DNA of 64,000 bases, taken from contig OZ199838.1 of NCBI GenBank assembly GCA_964304625.1, positions 4,166,705 to 4,230,704 of the forward strand. The letters are read 5' to 3'. The position numbers and the translations under genes are program-made. The notes under the pieces are model-generated. The model was not told the DNA's origin and did not search any database. It saw nothing but the letters and a program-made list of their open reading frames with translations. This document shows, piece by piece, positions 12,768 through 27,429 of the stretch; position 1 is the first letter of the stretch; each line of letters begins with the position of its first letter. This DNA is from Kudoa neothunni (Eukaryota > Animalia > Cnidaria).

Positions 12768-15700
12768 ATGCCTAAAGAGGAAATAACCAGCTACTACGAT
12801 GCTAATATAAAAGGAAAATTGGTTGAAATAGTGAGAAATGAGCTGACCACCTTGGAAGGTGTTCATGTGAATGATGTTGAAGAACTTTATTTCCTTGAAA
12901 GGAACGGTGCCTTTTCTGACTATATGCATTGGAGAAAAAAGCTCAAGACTGATACTGACTTTGTTGGATTTGTTGGCAGAATTTCAAATTTTTATAACGA
13001 TTCCAAGTTGAAACAACCGCGAACAGATTCATCAACCATTCATTTCAATTTGAAGTGGAACGATTTCGCTAATGAACACCCTGTCGAAAACAAAGCATTT
13101 GAGAAACAACTATCCTACTTCCTTGAGCTGAACAATGAGTTCGCAAATGATATGGAACGAGATAGTGCTATATTGGGCAGGGTGGAAGAGTTGAAATCGG
13201 AGAAAAAGTGGGGTCTGAAATTGGATGAGGCCTGTCCCGAATTAGCTATGGTGTACGAGCCAAAGCTCAACAAAACACATCGTGATTTTTTGTTGGACGA
13301 AGTGGTGTGGTTGGCTACTGATTTCCACATGGAACAACGATGGAAAAGAAATGTGGCAAAAAAATTTGCAATCTCTTGTAAACGTGTTCATCGAGAAAGA
13401 GAAGATCTCAGAAATCAATCACTACAGATGGATTTGCGCGCCAAAAAACATGCCAAACTGGTTTCAAAACTTGTTTCCGATTTTTGGTCCAATATCAACA
13501 AAATTCAACAAATTAAAATCAAAAAATTTATCGAGTATCAAAAGCAACAAGAACTTAATGAGCGTCTCAAAAATTTTGTCGACAAAACTCAACAATACTC
13601 TTCCAATATCGCTAACAAACTAACAACAGCTGGATCCACCTCTAACACTTCTGAAAACGACTTTTCTTGTGACGAATTTGACCCAAGTGATATTCATGAG
13701 GATTCCGACCAATTAGAAGAAGATATGAAAGAGTTTATCGACGAGGAAAACCTCATTGATAACAGTAAACTTAATGAAGAACTCAACCACTTGAATGATG
13801 ATGGAAAAATGAGTCTCGATGATTTGATCAGTAATCTTCCAAAGGAATATCTTGATGAATATAGAAAAAACTCTGAAAATTACAATTTTAAGCATGTTCC
13901 GAGTGCTGGTGAAGGCGAAGACAGAGCTTCATCCTCTGCTTCGATCAGAAGACAATCCTCTTCCAGTTATCTCGATGTCCTCGACAATGATGAGGACGCT
14001 GATTTAAATGAAGTGTCTTGTATCAATCGTTACAACAATTTGGCTGATACGGACATAGATGATGACAACAATAGTGTTGAATCGTCCACAACTGCTAGCA
14101 CATTCGATAACGCCAATCCTGACATAGAGTTGATGGTCGAAAATGCCAACCGTTATAAACCCACCGGCATTACTATTTCTACCGCCAACTGCAATATTGA
14201 ACAACCATTTTTGCTGCGTGGAAATTTACGTGAATATCAACTTGTCGGACTAAATTGGTTACTCAGTCTTCATGATAACAATCTCAACGGAATTCTTGCC
14301 GATGAAATGGGGCTCGGAAAAACTATTCAAACTATTGCTCTTATTGCCCATTTAGCTGGAACCGTCGGTGAATGGGGTCCACATCTTATTATCGTTCCTT
14401 CAAGTGTGATCCTCAATTGGGAGTGTGAATTCAAAAAATGGTGTCCTTCACTTAAAGTGCTTGCTTACTATGGTAGGACAAAAGAAAGAAAAGCCAAAAG
14501 ACATGTAAGTTTTCCACTTTTTTAGTTAAATGCATTATTTTAAATCTCATACCGAAACTACATAATTGCACTATTTCAACAGTGTTAATATTTAAGATGC
14601 TATTTTTTCTGTGTTTGTAGTAATTAGTATAATTAGATTGACCAATATTATTAAATTGATTAATATAGTGAAATTAATTAGTTTTGCTGTAGCTATTAAT
14701 CCATACAAATTTAATTTTGATTGTGATTTGCGCAATCTCTATGTTTAACCTCCTCAGGTTCTCAGTAATGAGTTTCAGACATAGTTTATTTTTAATATAC
14801 AGCTATAATTAATTATTTCTATTTCGTTTGTGTTCTTCGGGTTGAAGAAGAATAGACTGTTTGTAAACGATTGACGCTGTACCAGATCTTAAATGAACAG
14901 TTTAGACATGTTCGTTGTTTTACTTCGATTTCTTAAAGACTAATTACAGTTATTGTTTTCTAAAACTTTTTTGATTGTTTAACCCTTATGGGGCGGGCAG
15001 ACGGGGTATTTTAGGAACCTCGATTATTTTATTTGTCTGAATTTCTATTTTTACCTTTTTATTGTCTCTAATATTGTTCAACTAATCTTTTGATATCAAA
15101 TAAACAAGCAATTCATTCCTTAAGGATATAAAATAATAAACTACTTTTTCGAAACTGAACCAACAGTCTTTAGTGTTTATAGGCCTTTGAATCTCGTATA
15201 TTTATTATTTATTTAATTTCAACTAAAAATAATTTTTAAACGAATAGGAATATGACTATGTTTTGATTTTATTTTCTACCGGAAGAATCCGACAAGCTTG
15301 GAGATTATTGTAAGACACGAGCGCTCTTGGCAATATATTAATCGTGAAGTATAAATCGATTAATATTTAATTTTGTTCCAAACTGATTTTTCTTTTTACA
15401 TCAGCAATGATTTTTACCATAGAATAAAAATTCTAACAGAACAGGTAGTTATTTGGAGGGAAGGAAATATTCCTACGATTCAATACCACGATCGCAAAAT
15501 GAGATTAACGTGAATTTTCGGATATCTTTGTTGTGGCGGGTCTGTCGGTTGTTCCTTTCAGATGACAAATTCATGTGAAAAGCAACCTTGAGTTTTCCAA
15601 TAATTAGTTGATAGCTTCATACAAGCATAACCTATACTTTTGGAGGAATTGCTTGTTTATTCTCGCTTTTTTATTAAAAGTGATGGCTACGGACTGCTTG

Positions 15701-18700
15701 TATTTTTCCCTAATTGGTTAAATATTTTTACAGTTGGGGCGGATATTTTTATTTTTCATTAATGTAAAAACCACGTAAAACAAATTTTTTACCCATGTGA
15801 ACGAATTAAATTTAAAAACCTCTGGGGTACCTTAGGTACCCTCTTAGGCACACACATAAATTTTTTGAGCTCCGTCTTCCAAGGGTTGAGCACAAATTGT
15901 TGTCACGATTTCCTGTTATTTAATATATTCAATATTTTTCAATTTAGTGCTAACTAAAGTCTCAATTGACTCGCTTATTAAAGTATTAATTCGATTTCAA
16001 GTCATTCTTAGAATTTTTGCGTAGCAATTCTATGGTAATACACCGAATTTAAATTTCGATGTATCTATTTTAACTTAAGAGAATTATTCACTTTTCTAAT
16101 GTCACTATATCGCTGTTACAGTTTAAGGGAGTGGCGTTTATCTAATATCATCCTATTAGTATGAGATATATCTCTGATATGTGCTATATTGGTTTTAAGA
16201 AGCTAATTATATTATCATAGTCTAATTCAAATATAAAACTTAATTTTAAATTATAATTGTCATTATGTAAGATTATAACAAGTTATCCTTAAGTTTATAC
16301 GTTTATTTGGTGAAAGTCCGACTTATTTTTGTGTTAATTCTGGCATGCATTTAACCTTTTCTTTACAATATGCAGCACAAGTCTTTCAATACAATTATTA
16401 TTGTTTGCTAAAGCTAGTCGGCATGGCGCTACATAATTAGTCCTGTTGGTAATTAATTTGATCGTCGCTTGACGAATTTGTTTTAATTTTTCTTCGATAA
16501 TCGGCTTCATTGAATTACATATGCTAATGAAAAAGAGCGTTGGCATTAGTCCGTACAGATTTAATTTAAAATATTATCTTTGCGCGCGCGATATCATTTT
16601 TATTCGTCAATACCTCTTTTTATAGATTTCGTATATAGTCTTTTTTCTAGAATCTACCGTAAATGATTATTTCCAACATTTAAGAGTGAGTAATTGGGCT
16701 GAAATACCAAACTAGAATTAAATCTGCACGTGTGTATTTAAATTTGTTTGGCGCAGCAGACAATTCCAATGGAATATTGCCTAATTAAATTATTAGGAAT
16801 TGTTTACCTTAATTTTGAGTATTTTTTCCATGATTACCGTACATTATGGATAATTAACTTTTGTTGTCTATTCCTATTATGTACAAATACACAACAATTA
16901 AATATTGACAATGAGTACTAGTCATAACTAGTATCTAAACGTTTATTCTAATTGTGAGAATTTTTTCTATTATTATCGTTACATCAAAGATAATTAATTT
17001 TGGTTGTTTATTATTATTATACATATAAACTCTTATGATATTTAAATACTAGTAATGAGCACAGTCTGTAATGATAATAGTTTTAGATAAAAATTATTAG
17101 AATGGTTTTCTTTAATCTTAAGCATTTGTACACTTTTTTTATTATTTTTATCGTTTATTCGTACTATATATATATATATACTCCTATAGCATTTAATATT
17201 GGAATGAATACGGTTTGTAATTATAATAATTATTATCTAATGATTAATTACTTTTATTATACATATTTATTCAATGTTTATCATTATATTATTGATAAAC
17301 GAATATATTTGTATTATTTGATGTAAATCAATTTTTTATATAGGGCTGGTCAAAAGAAAATGCGTTCCACGTTTGTATCACATCATTTCAATTGGCCATA
17401 CAGGATAACATCATGTTTAAAAAACGTCGTTGGTACTATTTGATCATTGATGAAGCACACAACATTCGTAATAGCAAGTCGGTTCGTTGGAATATGCTTC
17501 TGGGTTTGAACACCCAACGCCGCCTGCTACTCACAGGAACACCGTTACAAAACAATTTGATGGAGTTGTGGTCGTTACTCCACTTTTTGATGCCTCAGTT
17601 GTTCAAGTGTGAAGACGCATTCAGACAATGGTTCGCACAACCGATCTCCTCGATGGTCTTTAATGAGTCGTCCGTTGATGAGACTACTATCACCAAGTTG
17701 CATCAAATATTGAGACCATTTATATTGCGACGTTTGAAATGCGAGGTGGAATTGCAGATTCCCAAGAAATACGAACATGTAATAAAATGTGAATTGTCAC
17801 CCAGACAGCGCGCTCTCTATAACGAGTACATGATGCTAGATAGCACCAAATCGGCGTTGCAGGCCGGAAATTTCATGTCAGTTATGCAAATACTTATTCA
17901 ATTGAGAAAGGTTTGCAATCATCCTGATTTGTTCGAACCTCGTCCGGTGGTGTCTTCGTTTGTGGTTGACCCTCCTAGTAGCAGCTTTAGAGTGCGAGAG
18001 ATCGCATCAATTTGTGATTTTTCGAAATCATACTTGTCACTGATTGATGAAGACCGAATGGTGCTGTTAGAAAAACATCCCTTACTAAAAGCAGATGTGC
18101 ATTTTGTTAGTGTGTCGTCTAATAACCCAGCTGTTAATTCTAATCGTGGGACGCGAAAACGTAAAGCAGATGAGGCATCCACGTTGGCGGAGGACAACCA
18201 CAACGCCACTGTGTCAGGTAGCTCCGCCGCCTCTACAACTCAAAAACCTAATTTTTATTCTGTCGAGCATTATGTGAAACGATTTTCCAATTTTATCGAT
18301 ACATGCATAGAACAACTTAAAAAATCTACTACGACAGCAAATCCACCTGACACTGTGAACAGTGGCTCAAATTTGATCAATGGGAATCACGTTCTACACG
18401 CCGTCGTCCCAATTATCACATCCAATCGTCAAATTGGCACGGTTAGTGCAAGTGAACTCAAAAAGGCACAATCATCTAAATTATGCAATTGTACATACAA
18501 ATGTAATGGATGTGGTAGCGATCATTTGAACGATACCATCTCAGTTCCACATCTTAGAGCTGTTGTTGAGGATCAACCATCCAATAAACGTTACGTCCAA
18601 CTGTTGAAGCAATTCGCCATTCGAAATATTACTCGAATTTTAGAGTTTTCCAACCAACAGCAAATCGTGCCAAATTACAACGACTGTTTCGAGCCTCAAT

Positions 18701-21700
18701 TTTTACATTGGTGTGATAACAATCATTTACAACGCGATCCGTCTAATTCTGATCCCAAAAGCTGTTTGAATTCACTTTTTAATGTGTCCACCAATTATCT
18801 TAGACAATTTGTCCCATTTGCGATTCGTGAGATTTTGATGAATGCGATGCGTGCTATAGCATTTTCGTTCGAGCTAACAAAATGTTCAAACACTTTCTCG
18901 TTAAGTTCTACCAATAATTTTATACATTATCTTTCTCATTCCATAAATTCCTATCGTGAAGAAAATTCCGCTGATAATAGTGCGTGTGCTGTTTTCGATA
19001 ATTTATGGAAGGTGTTCGCCAAAAGACAATTGTCTTTCCCTCAAACACGCCTTATTCAGTACGATTGTGGCAAATTGCAATTTCTTGACGATTTTCTGAA
19101 AAAATTGTTCCATGCAGGCCATCGTGTCCTTATCTTCACTCAAATGTCTAAAATGTTGGATATCTTGGAGAAATTTTTATCCTATCATCACTTCACTTAT
19201 TTACGTTTGGATGGCAGCACTAAAATCGAACATCGACAGTATATGATGGACTTGTTTAACAATGATGAATCTATTTTTGCGTTCATTTTGTCTACTCGGG
19301 CTGGTGGTCTCGGTTTAAATTTGACCGGCGCTGATACTGTTATTTTCTATGATAACGACTGGAATCCAACCGTCGATGCTCAGGCTCAGGATCGTTGCCA
19401 TCGAATTGGTCAAATAAGAGATGTCCACATTTATCGTTTGGTGTGTAGAAATACAGTGGAAGAAAACATTCTCAAACGTGCTCAACAAAAACGAATGTTA
19501 GCAGATGTGACCATCGAAGGAGGAAATTTCACTGTGTCCCAGTTAGAGGAAAACTTTATTACCGAAATATTTGGTCAAAATGATGACTCGGAATTTGCTC
19601 CTTCGGAATCTGCCGTAGCATCATCCAATGTCGATACATCTAATTTCGAAAATGTAATTTTAACTCGCACAAATCACTCAATATATTTTCAGATTCAAAA
19701 ATCTTATTAATGTGTCGTATACTTATTAAATTTCTGATTAGGTCCTGAAATGTGTTGAGAAAATTGAAGGCATTGACGATGTTGATATGATGTCGTCGAC
19801 TGCCGCCTCTACTCATGCTGCCTCCAGTCGTCAACAACCTTCCGCTTATGATGATTTTTGCGAAGAAATCGTTGCACTCGAGAGCGATATGTTGCCTGTG
19901 GAAAGGTTCGCATTGTACTACCTGGAGTCTGTACTTACAGAGGAATTGGATCCAGCCGCATTTGATGGGGCTGCACCTAAAAATAACGACAACAATGAAA
20001 TCGGCAACAACAATGTTACTGCTTTCTCACATGAAAACCACTCTTCCGAGAATCAATTGGTGGGTAAGTGTAATGTATGTAAAATGTTCGATTGTTTTCG
20101 ATGGTGTTATCTACCTACTTTAGATAGATAACTTTCCAGAAAGATTAGAGGATATGCGTAACCATCCCCCTCCGAACTTTTCCTCCTCCAATAATTATCT
20201 TAATGATAACTATTTTAAACCTGCTGTTGAGTTTTGTGATACCGTTGATGCAGAAACAACGTCTGTTACCAATGAAAATGTTCAGTTTGGAAATTTTCTT
20301 CTACAAGACATCAAAAAGGTTCGTTATAAATGATATTTGATTGTTAATAACTGATCGCGCCCTCTGGATTGTTCTATTTGTAATTATTATCCTTGATGGT
20401 TCAGTGTGCGCTTTTTTGTTTCTCTTAACTTTTAATAAGTTACGACAATCAACACAATAACAAGTTAATTTACCAACATTTAGGCGAAATTTTTGATAAG
20501 TAGAATTATCAAAAGCGTCAAATTTAAACATTAATAAGATCTAATAAATGTAGTTTAAAAAATAATACATGATTCTAACTTAAGTAGGATTACTGTTCGC
20601 ATATAGACGACTTTATCTACGGTTGGTTTGTTTTCTTTATTTTTCTAAGATATTTATGAATTACAGACTTTGATCGATTTTTGTTCGTTTCCAAATTTAT
20701 ATGATTTTTACAGATTTAAGGAAATCTCTTAAGTTGATAATTATTCACCATTGCTAAAGGATGGTGCTTTTTTATTTTGGTTTTGTTATGTGTTGTAGAT
20801 GGTTAGCTCACAATCAATGAATCAGTGATTCTAATTTTTATTAGCGTGCAAGCGACATTAAATTCCGACATCCACCTTATTTTAGTTGTGTAATACTTTT
20901 AAATCAAAAATTATTTTACCACACAGTTCATAAAAAATTTCCATTTATCGCATGCTAATCTTAACACATTTTAGATGTCATCAGATGACGGTTATAATCT
21001 ATGGTTGCCGTGTGGTACGAATTGTTTCTCAATCTTAAATGATGTGTATAATGTGGATTCAACACAATTGTCAAATAATCTAACCTGTGAACCACTATTA
21101 AATGATCCTAGTAATGATAATAACAAGATTTCACATGAATCTAATCTACCGTTGACTATTAATGAGGGTATCCATAATTCAAATACTGCTGCGTCTGCAG
21201 CTGTCTATACAAAATCATCTATATTACCAGACAATTGTATCTATGACACTCAATCATACTTTTGTAATGAGACATATAATAATTCAGGTGTTGAGAATAA
21301 TAACGAGAATCGGCCTGTTGTTGAAAGTGTGGCAGCTGCCGGTGATACTATGGCGCTATCTGATCAAATGATGCTGGTTAATTTTCTTTCTTGTTTAATG
21401 TCGGCTGGTGACGCCTCCACTCAAGAAGCCAACTTAGTTAACGACAAACTAAAAATTCAAGACCTTGCATGGTTGGTGCGTCCAAACTTTTATGACTATT
21501 CATTGACCGACAATGATGTTAATTGTATTGTGTCCTGTGCTGATCACTGGAACAACGCTTACTATTATGCCGATAATCCAGGTAGTGATGAATTGACAGC
21601 TGAGCTACTTTTCCAAGAGGAAAGTTTGTCTGTAGTCACTCCTACGAACACCACTACCTTAAAACAATATCTTAACAAATATCCAGATATTTTCTCTAAA

Positions 21701-24700
21701 AGATATGCCGAAATGATGGACACATTGATATCGTCGACAACAAAGACCAACTCAACAAAATCAAAATGTTCTCGTTCTTTTTGTTGTTACAGTGACATGC
21801 CTCATTTATCTCGTTTTAATAACAGCATACACACAGAAAAGTGTTACAACACATTTACTATTAAGTGCCCTAGGCGAATAATGGCTCAGTTGTACGCTGT
21901 CATGGTTGATGTGCTGGAAAAAGAAACTGACCCCGTCAATTGGGAGTTTTTCAGGTTTACATTTTCCGCACTCTCGCACATCCCATATCCCATTTCTCAT
22001 CGTCATTTTCACAGTTGGAGTGTTAGTAACAAGCAGCTGAAATCAAAATTCGCGGATGCCCACAAATGCGATAAAATTCTTATCCACATCACCAATGCGT
22101 CCGGTAAATCTTATGTGAGAACGAAAAATCTAAAGCACCGAAGAATATGCAAGGATACGGCTAATAATTCATTGTTGTCAGCCGTCACAGTTACAAAATA
22201 TTCTCAATTTCACACCAAACCTAACACCATTTCAAAAGACACTCCGGTATTCAACAACAAACGAAACGCTCTCAGTAGAATTTTTGATCGAATAAAGAAA
22301 AAACACCGTCTTATGAACCTTCAACAACCTAATCAATTTTCCAGTGTTGAAAGTTCTACTATTACTGCTGGTGGAGTCACCTCATACCCGAGCGGTCAAC
22401 GACGAATTGTTGACCAAAACAAATATGTTACCACCCCTACTTCGGATAAATTGCGATCGTCACATTATCCATTGCAACAACCGAAATTACCTTGCTTGTT
22501 ATCCAGTGTAAGAAAACGTCGCACACTACTTGAGAGCAACGTAATGATGCACAATCAAGATAAAATAGCAAAAGTGAAACAACATGTTTCACGTATCTCA
22601 ATCAATGATCATCTCTTGTTATACCGCGATCTCAGCCCCAAGACTATTAAAAATCTAAAGCTTATAGATGGTAAATTCGTCAAGATTCCACCCTCGATTC
22701 CCCCCGCAGCTGCAGTATCGCATGTCAACCATGGAACTAATCCCCGAACTACGATGAACCATTCTAGTATTTCTCGAGTTGGGGCGACGTCACATTTACA
22801 GCACGCTATCAATTTGAAAACATTTCCAAGCACTATTTCTTCCACTTCTGGTGCGATCTCTTCTTCCGGCCACAGATCTCAGTTTTCTAATCTCCAAAAT
22901 GTTTCAACAAGTAGTGGCACAAGCAGCCAGTTAGGCTATCAAAATCAAAATATTCCTAGAGCTGTAAATTATCAGCGCGTGAGTATGCCAAAAACGGCGG
23001 CTATTTCGATTCCGAACAATTCAAACAATCAAACAAGTTCTAGTCATATTTCTTCTGCCGCTCAACACAAATCCACTGCAGCTTCAACCTCTAAAAACAC
23101 TGGGAACTTTAATTTCAACCAAATTCCTGCTACGAACTCGAAGAACGCGAAATTAGCATCCCAAAACAATCAAAATATGACCTTTTCTGGTATAACTACA
23201 CCTTCGGCTAACTTAAATACCAATAATACACGAACCTCAACCAGTATCAACAACGCCAATGTAAATAATCATGGCAATAGTACCAAAGGGATCGCATCCT
23301 ACAAATCAGCCAGTACCGCTACTACTGCAACTATTACTGGAACCGCCGAAAAAGTAGTTCAATCATCAGGTTCACATGGTGGATCTGTAGCAAGAGTTGT
23401 CTTTCCCAGTGGTAATGGCAACGGTGGTGGCGGCCAGGGATTGGCATCAGTTAAACCCCATACAAATACTGGATTGCCTAGCGGAAACGTTCCTGGCATC
23501 ACACTAACCAATATTAACACCAACTATAACAACAAATTAGTAAATTTGCCCGTGGCTTCTCCTCAAAAAAGGGCTAGTCCTGCAGCTCCTAAGACCCAAT
23601 TAACCAATTCACAACGATCAATGACCTTGCAACAACAATCACAATTTACTTCAACCCCCGAAAAACACAAATTTACGCCTGATCCTGGCTACAATTTAAA
23701 TGCTAGCCATGTTAACGAGAAACAACACTTAGACCCACAGAATATCCACATGGCTACTCAACAGCAACAACAATATCTACTTGCTCCGAAACAGCCACAC
23801 TCCTATGCACAATTGCAGCAACAAAGTAAGTTAACATTTTTATTAGTCCAGTTAGATTATAAACTAATCTAGGTGATGTGAATAGCTCGCCCCTAAAGGT
23901 CACCAATTTTAATCAACCTTTATCCGCCACCACCAATCCTTCTAACTCTTATAACTATGTTGACAATACTGGCAATAGCGGTGTTGGCCCGGATCCTGTT
24001 CATCCCCGAAATAACGGTGGTGGTCAGTCTAATTTGTCTGCCCAGTTTAACCAAATCGGAATTATTAATCCAAACAATGCGCCTAACACTGGTGGTAGTC
24101 AAATTTCAACCAATCCTTTGGCCAACATGTCATCTACTCCTATCAATCTTTCCAATTTTGGTAATTCTAGCGCGCTATCCAATCAATCAAATCGACAAAC
24201 TATTTCCAATTTCCCTCCTACCAATACTCAACTAATACAACCTCAGCAGCAGCAACCACAACAACTTTATCAACAACGAACTACCTCTTTACCAAATGTA
24301 ACCGCAATTCAACAAGTTCTTCAACGATTGACTTGCCTTCAACAACATCTTGCCCATATTCAGCAACAACAAACTGGGATGCCACCCCATGTATTCCAGC
24401 AGCTTCAACAACAGAATCTACTAGCTCAACAACAGCTTCAACAACAACTTCAGCAGCTGCGACAGCAACAACAAGCTCTTCTTCAGCATCATTCTCATAA
24501 TGAACAAACTAATACATCCAACCTGCAATCCAGTGTTGCTTACGATATTGTCAACAACAATGGTGGCGGTTCTGTTGGTAATACTCCCACAAAAACCAAT
24601 AACAACCTTAATATGCCTGGTTTCAATACTTCAGCTAATAACAATACACATAGTCACGCCGCCAATAACAGCAACAATAACATGATGTTGCATCAAATGC

Positions 24701-25562
24701 AGTCAACTCAAAATGTTGGAATGAATCCTTCCTCTGCAGCATTGGGTGTAATTAATAACGCTGCTAATCTGGTTGGCAAAAATCCGTCGGATGTTTTGAC
24801 GCTATTGAACAGTATTATCAATTCTGGTGGTAACGTTCCTGTTGTATTACAAAATTTACTTCGTGGTGGAGGCTCAAGAGAACAATCTCACTCCAACACC
24901 CCTAATAACAGATCGGTTTTAGGATCAAGTAATAGTGGAGTGATCATGGTTCCAAATACAAACGTTTCTAATAACCAATCCAATAATACATCTTCTGCTG
25001 CTACTACTGCTATAAATTTGCTCAGTCAAGCTAATCCTCGACTTTACATTCAGCAATCTCATCCTTCAACCGTAATCCCAAACGTGTCTCAACAGCAGCG
25101 CGTTAATTCAAATAACCGAGCGGTAACTGGAACTGCTGTTTCATCAATGTACCACAACGTACCAACTTCGCAACCTAATGTCAATGTAAATATGGCCATG
25201 AATCATCCTTCTTTTAATGATATAAACTCTGGTGGCATGACTTCTGCCGATAGTGGATCTACTTATTCCAATTCCAATATTAATATCAACCAAAACGCCT
25301 TTAAAAATTTCTCACAAAATGATCTGTTAAATTTTCTAAATGATTCAAAATCTAATATCAATTCTACCAATCTTCAATCTAATTACGCAGCATTGCAACA
25401 AGTTTTGTCAAAATCCATTCAAAAAGTCAATCCTCATGCAACTGGAAATAATCGTGGTGGTTATGGTCACAACCCCAATAATTCAGGTATTTTTTCCCAT
25501 CTCGATTGTTACGATAACATTTTTTTATTGCAATTGTAGGTTACCAAAATAACAATCCTTAA
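12768..25562 (+). CDS. dom: domino/EP400/SRCAP-family SWR1-type chromatin remodelling ATPase, 7 exons, ~3000 aa
   Basis: Exons 12768-14504, 17344-19653, 19742-20063, 20128-20318, 20975-23825, 23873-~25487, 25540-25562 are phase compatible. EP400-N-like ELYFLE..G...DY..WRKK; HSA domain; [12 protein letters not shown]; DEAH; [12 protein letters not shown]; split-ATPase insert; IQYDCGKLQ; [11 protein letters not shown]; Q/N-rich tail. Exons 4-7 are joined by splice phase only. Confidence 0.9.
14983..15885. mobile_element. piggyBac-derived non-autonomous element inside domino intron 1
   Basis: TTAA|CCCTT ... AAGGG|TTGA; subterminal GGGGTA..TTAGG.ACC motifs near both ends. Confidence 0.65.
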
Positions 25563-26048
25563 CTAAATTATGTATAAATTAATATTATATTTTTATTATT
25601 TTTCATTTATTGAGTTTTTTCTCGGCCACCCTGTTGCATTGGTTGCTTAAAACAGTATTATAAAAATGCTTTAGATTTTTTTAAATTTATTTTATTGCTC
25701 TCAGCTGTATACTTTATTGATTTTCTTTTTGATTCAATAAACAATTAATATGTCACGCGTCTCATGTTTTGTCTATGAATTGCATTTTTAGTCGAATCGG
25801 TTGAAATAAGTTATGACTGTCTATGTTCGGGATTAAGTTTGTTCTTGTTTCGAAGTGATTCGTCACATTTTGGGCTTTTATTTTGATCTTATAAGAGTAT
25901 GGCACTACCATTCTTGTGTTTGTATAAATTGATTTATTTCCGTTTTCGCTACGCAAATTGTTATTAAATTCTCGTTTTAAATGTTTCGATGATTACAGGC
26001 TAACTAACTGATCAATATTCAATTTTTTTGCTGTATTCTATGTTAGGG

Positions 26049-26983
26049 TTGCGGTTCTCAAAGTGGGTTCCATGCCGCAACGGTAGGGGTTCCACAAAGT
26101 TAAAATGAAAAATCTCATTTAGTAATAAGATAAGAAACCAATGCAGATCGTATCTTATGATTTTAATGAATTTTCACTGATAGCTAAAGTTGATGGCGCT
26201 GATGATAGATTGCTTTTGTAGGTTAGCTACGCACCAACGCATCTGTAAAAAGATGTGCTACTTTGTTGTCAACACAAGTATTTCTGCTATTTAAAAAATT
26301 AATTTGACTATTTTTTAAGCCTTGCAATGGATCGACCGTTAAAAAGAATAAGTACAGCAACACCATCTAAAGATGACACAGAAATTGATGAACTTACAAA
26401 TGAACGATCTGCAAGCATTAGTTCAAAAAACACGGAATGTGTTCCAATATACTGTTTTAAATTGTTTCCTTTATTGTATGTATTTGCTATTCCAATTTTG
26501 ATAAGTGTGCTGAAAATAAAATATTTTGGTATTATGATAAATATTAACCCATTACGGCAGTGTTCCCAACCGGTTTTTGACCACGCCCCACTTTTTCTTT
26601 ATAAGAAGTTCTGCGCTCCACATTTTTCAATGGCATTGATCATTCAATTTAAAAAGCTTAATTTTAATTTCATATTATATTCAAATTTGAAAACGATTAA
26701 TATATACTTCTTTTCTCATTAAAATTAAGATGTATATGATTAGATTTAACGTAATTTATGGATGGATATTAAAAATTACCATTTTTAGTTCTTCATACCA
26801 TCATAAAGAGCGTTAAGTGGAACCCATTGTAATCTTGCTCGTATTAAGCAAGACCTCCATGTATACGTGTCCTATATAACAAAAATAAATAATCTATATA
26901 TAAAATTAATCAATATTATCAATTGGACAAGATTGGGATTAATACCGTTCTGATTCCATTTGGGTAAGGACCAAGTTAAATGT

Positions 26984-27014
<31 letters not shown>

Positions 27015-27286
27015 TTAATCATTGGTTTTGGAATTGTTTTCTGATATTAGTAGTAACTTAAAAATAAAAGAGATCAAAAATCGAGGTATTGATTTCATTG
27101 TGCCCAAACATATCCAATTATCTCATCATTATCCACGCTATATTAATGCTTGGGATGTCGTCCCCAGGTTGGGAAACACTGCGTTGAGGTTTGTGGAATT
27201 AGCCTTAATGGCGTAATTTAGATAAGGGTTCAATTATATTACAAATAATGTAAAAGGGTTCCATTGCAAAATAGTTTAGATAAACT
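26049..27286. mobile_element. Degenerate hAT (Charlie-like) non-autonomous element, outer
   Basis: Left GCGGTTCTCAAAGTGGG...GGGGTTCC; right AAGGGTTCC...AGTTTAGA. The right terminus is eroded. Confidence 0.4.
26558..27181. mobile_element. hAT (Charlie-like) MITE nested in the previous element
   Basis: TIRs CAGTGTTCCCAACC / GGTTGGGAAACACTG; 8-bp flanks CATTACGG/CGTTGAGG (5/8). Confidence 0.7.
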
Positions 27287-27429
27287 TTAAGAAGTAACAT
27301 TATTTAGTAGTTGGCAAATTTTAGTTTTAGATTGCTACGAGAAAAATCTTTATAATTAAATCCAAAACATGCAATTAATTTTAATATCCATCATTTAAAA
27401 TTTTTACAATTAAACATCATTTTCCATAA

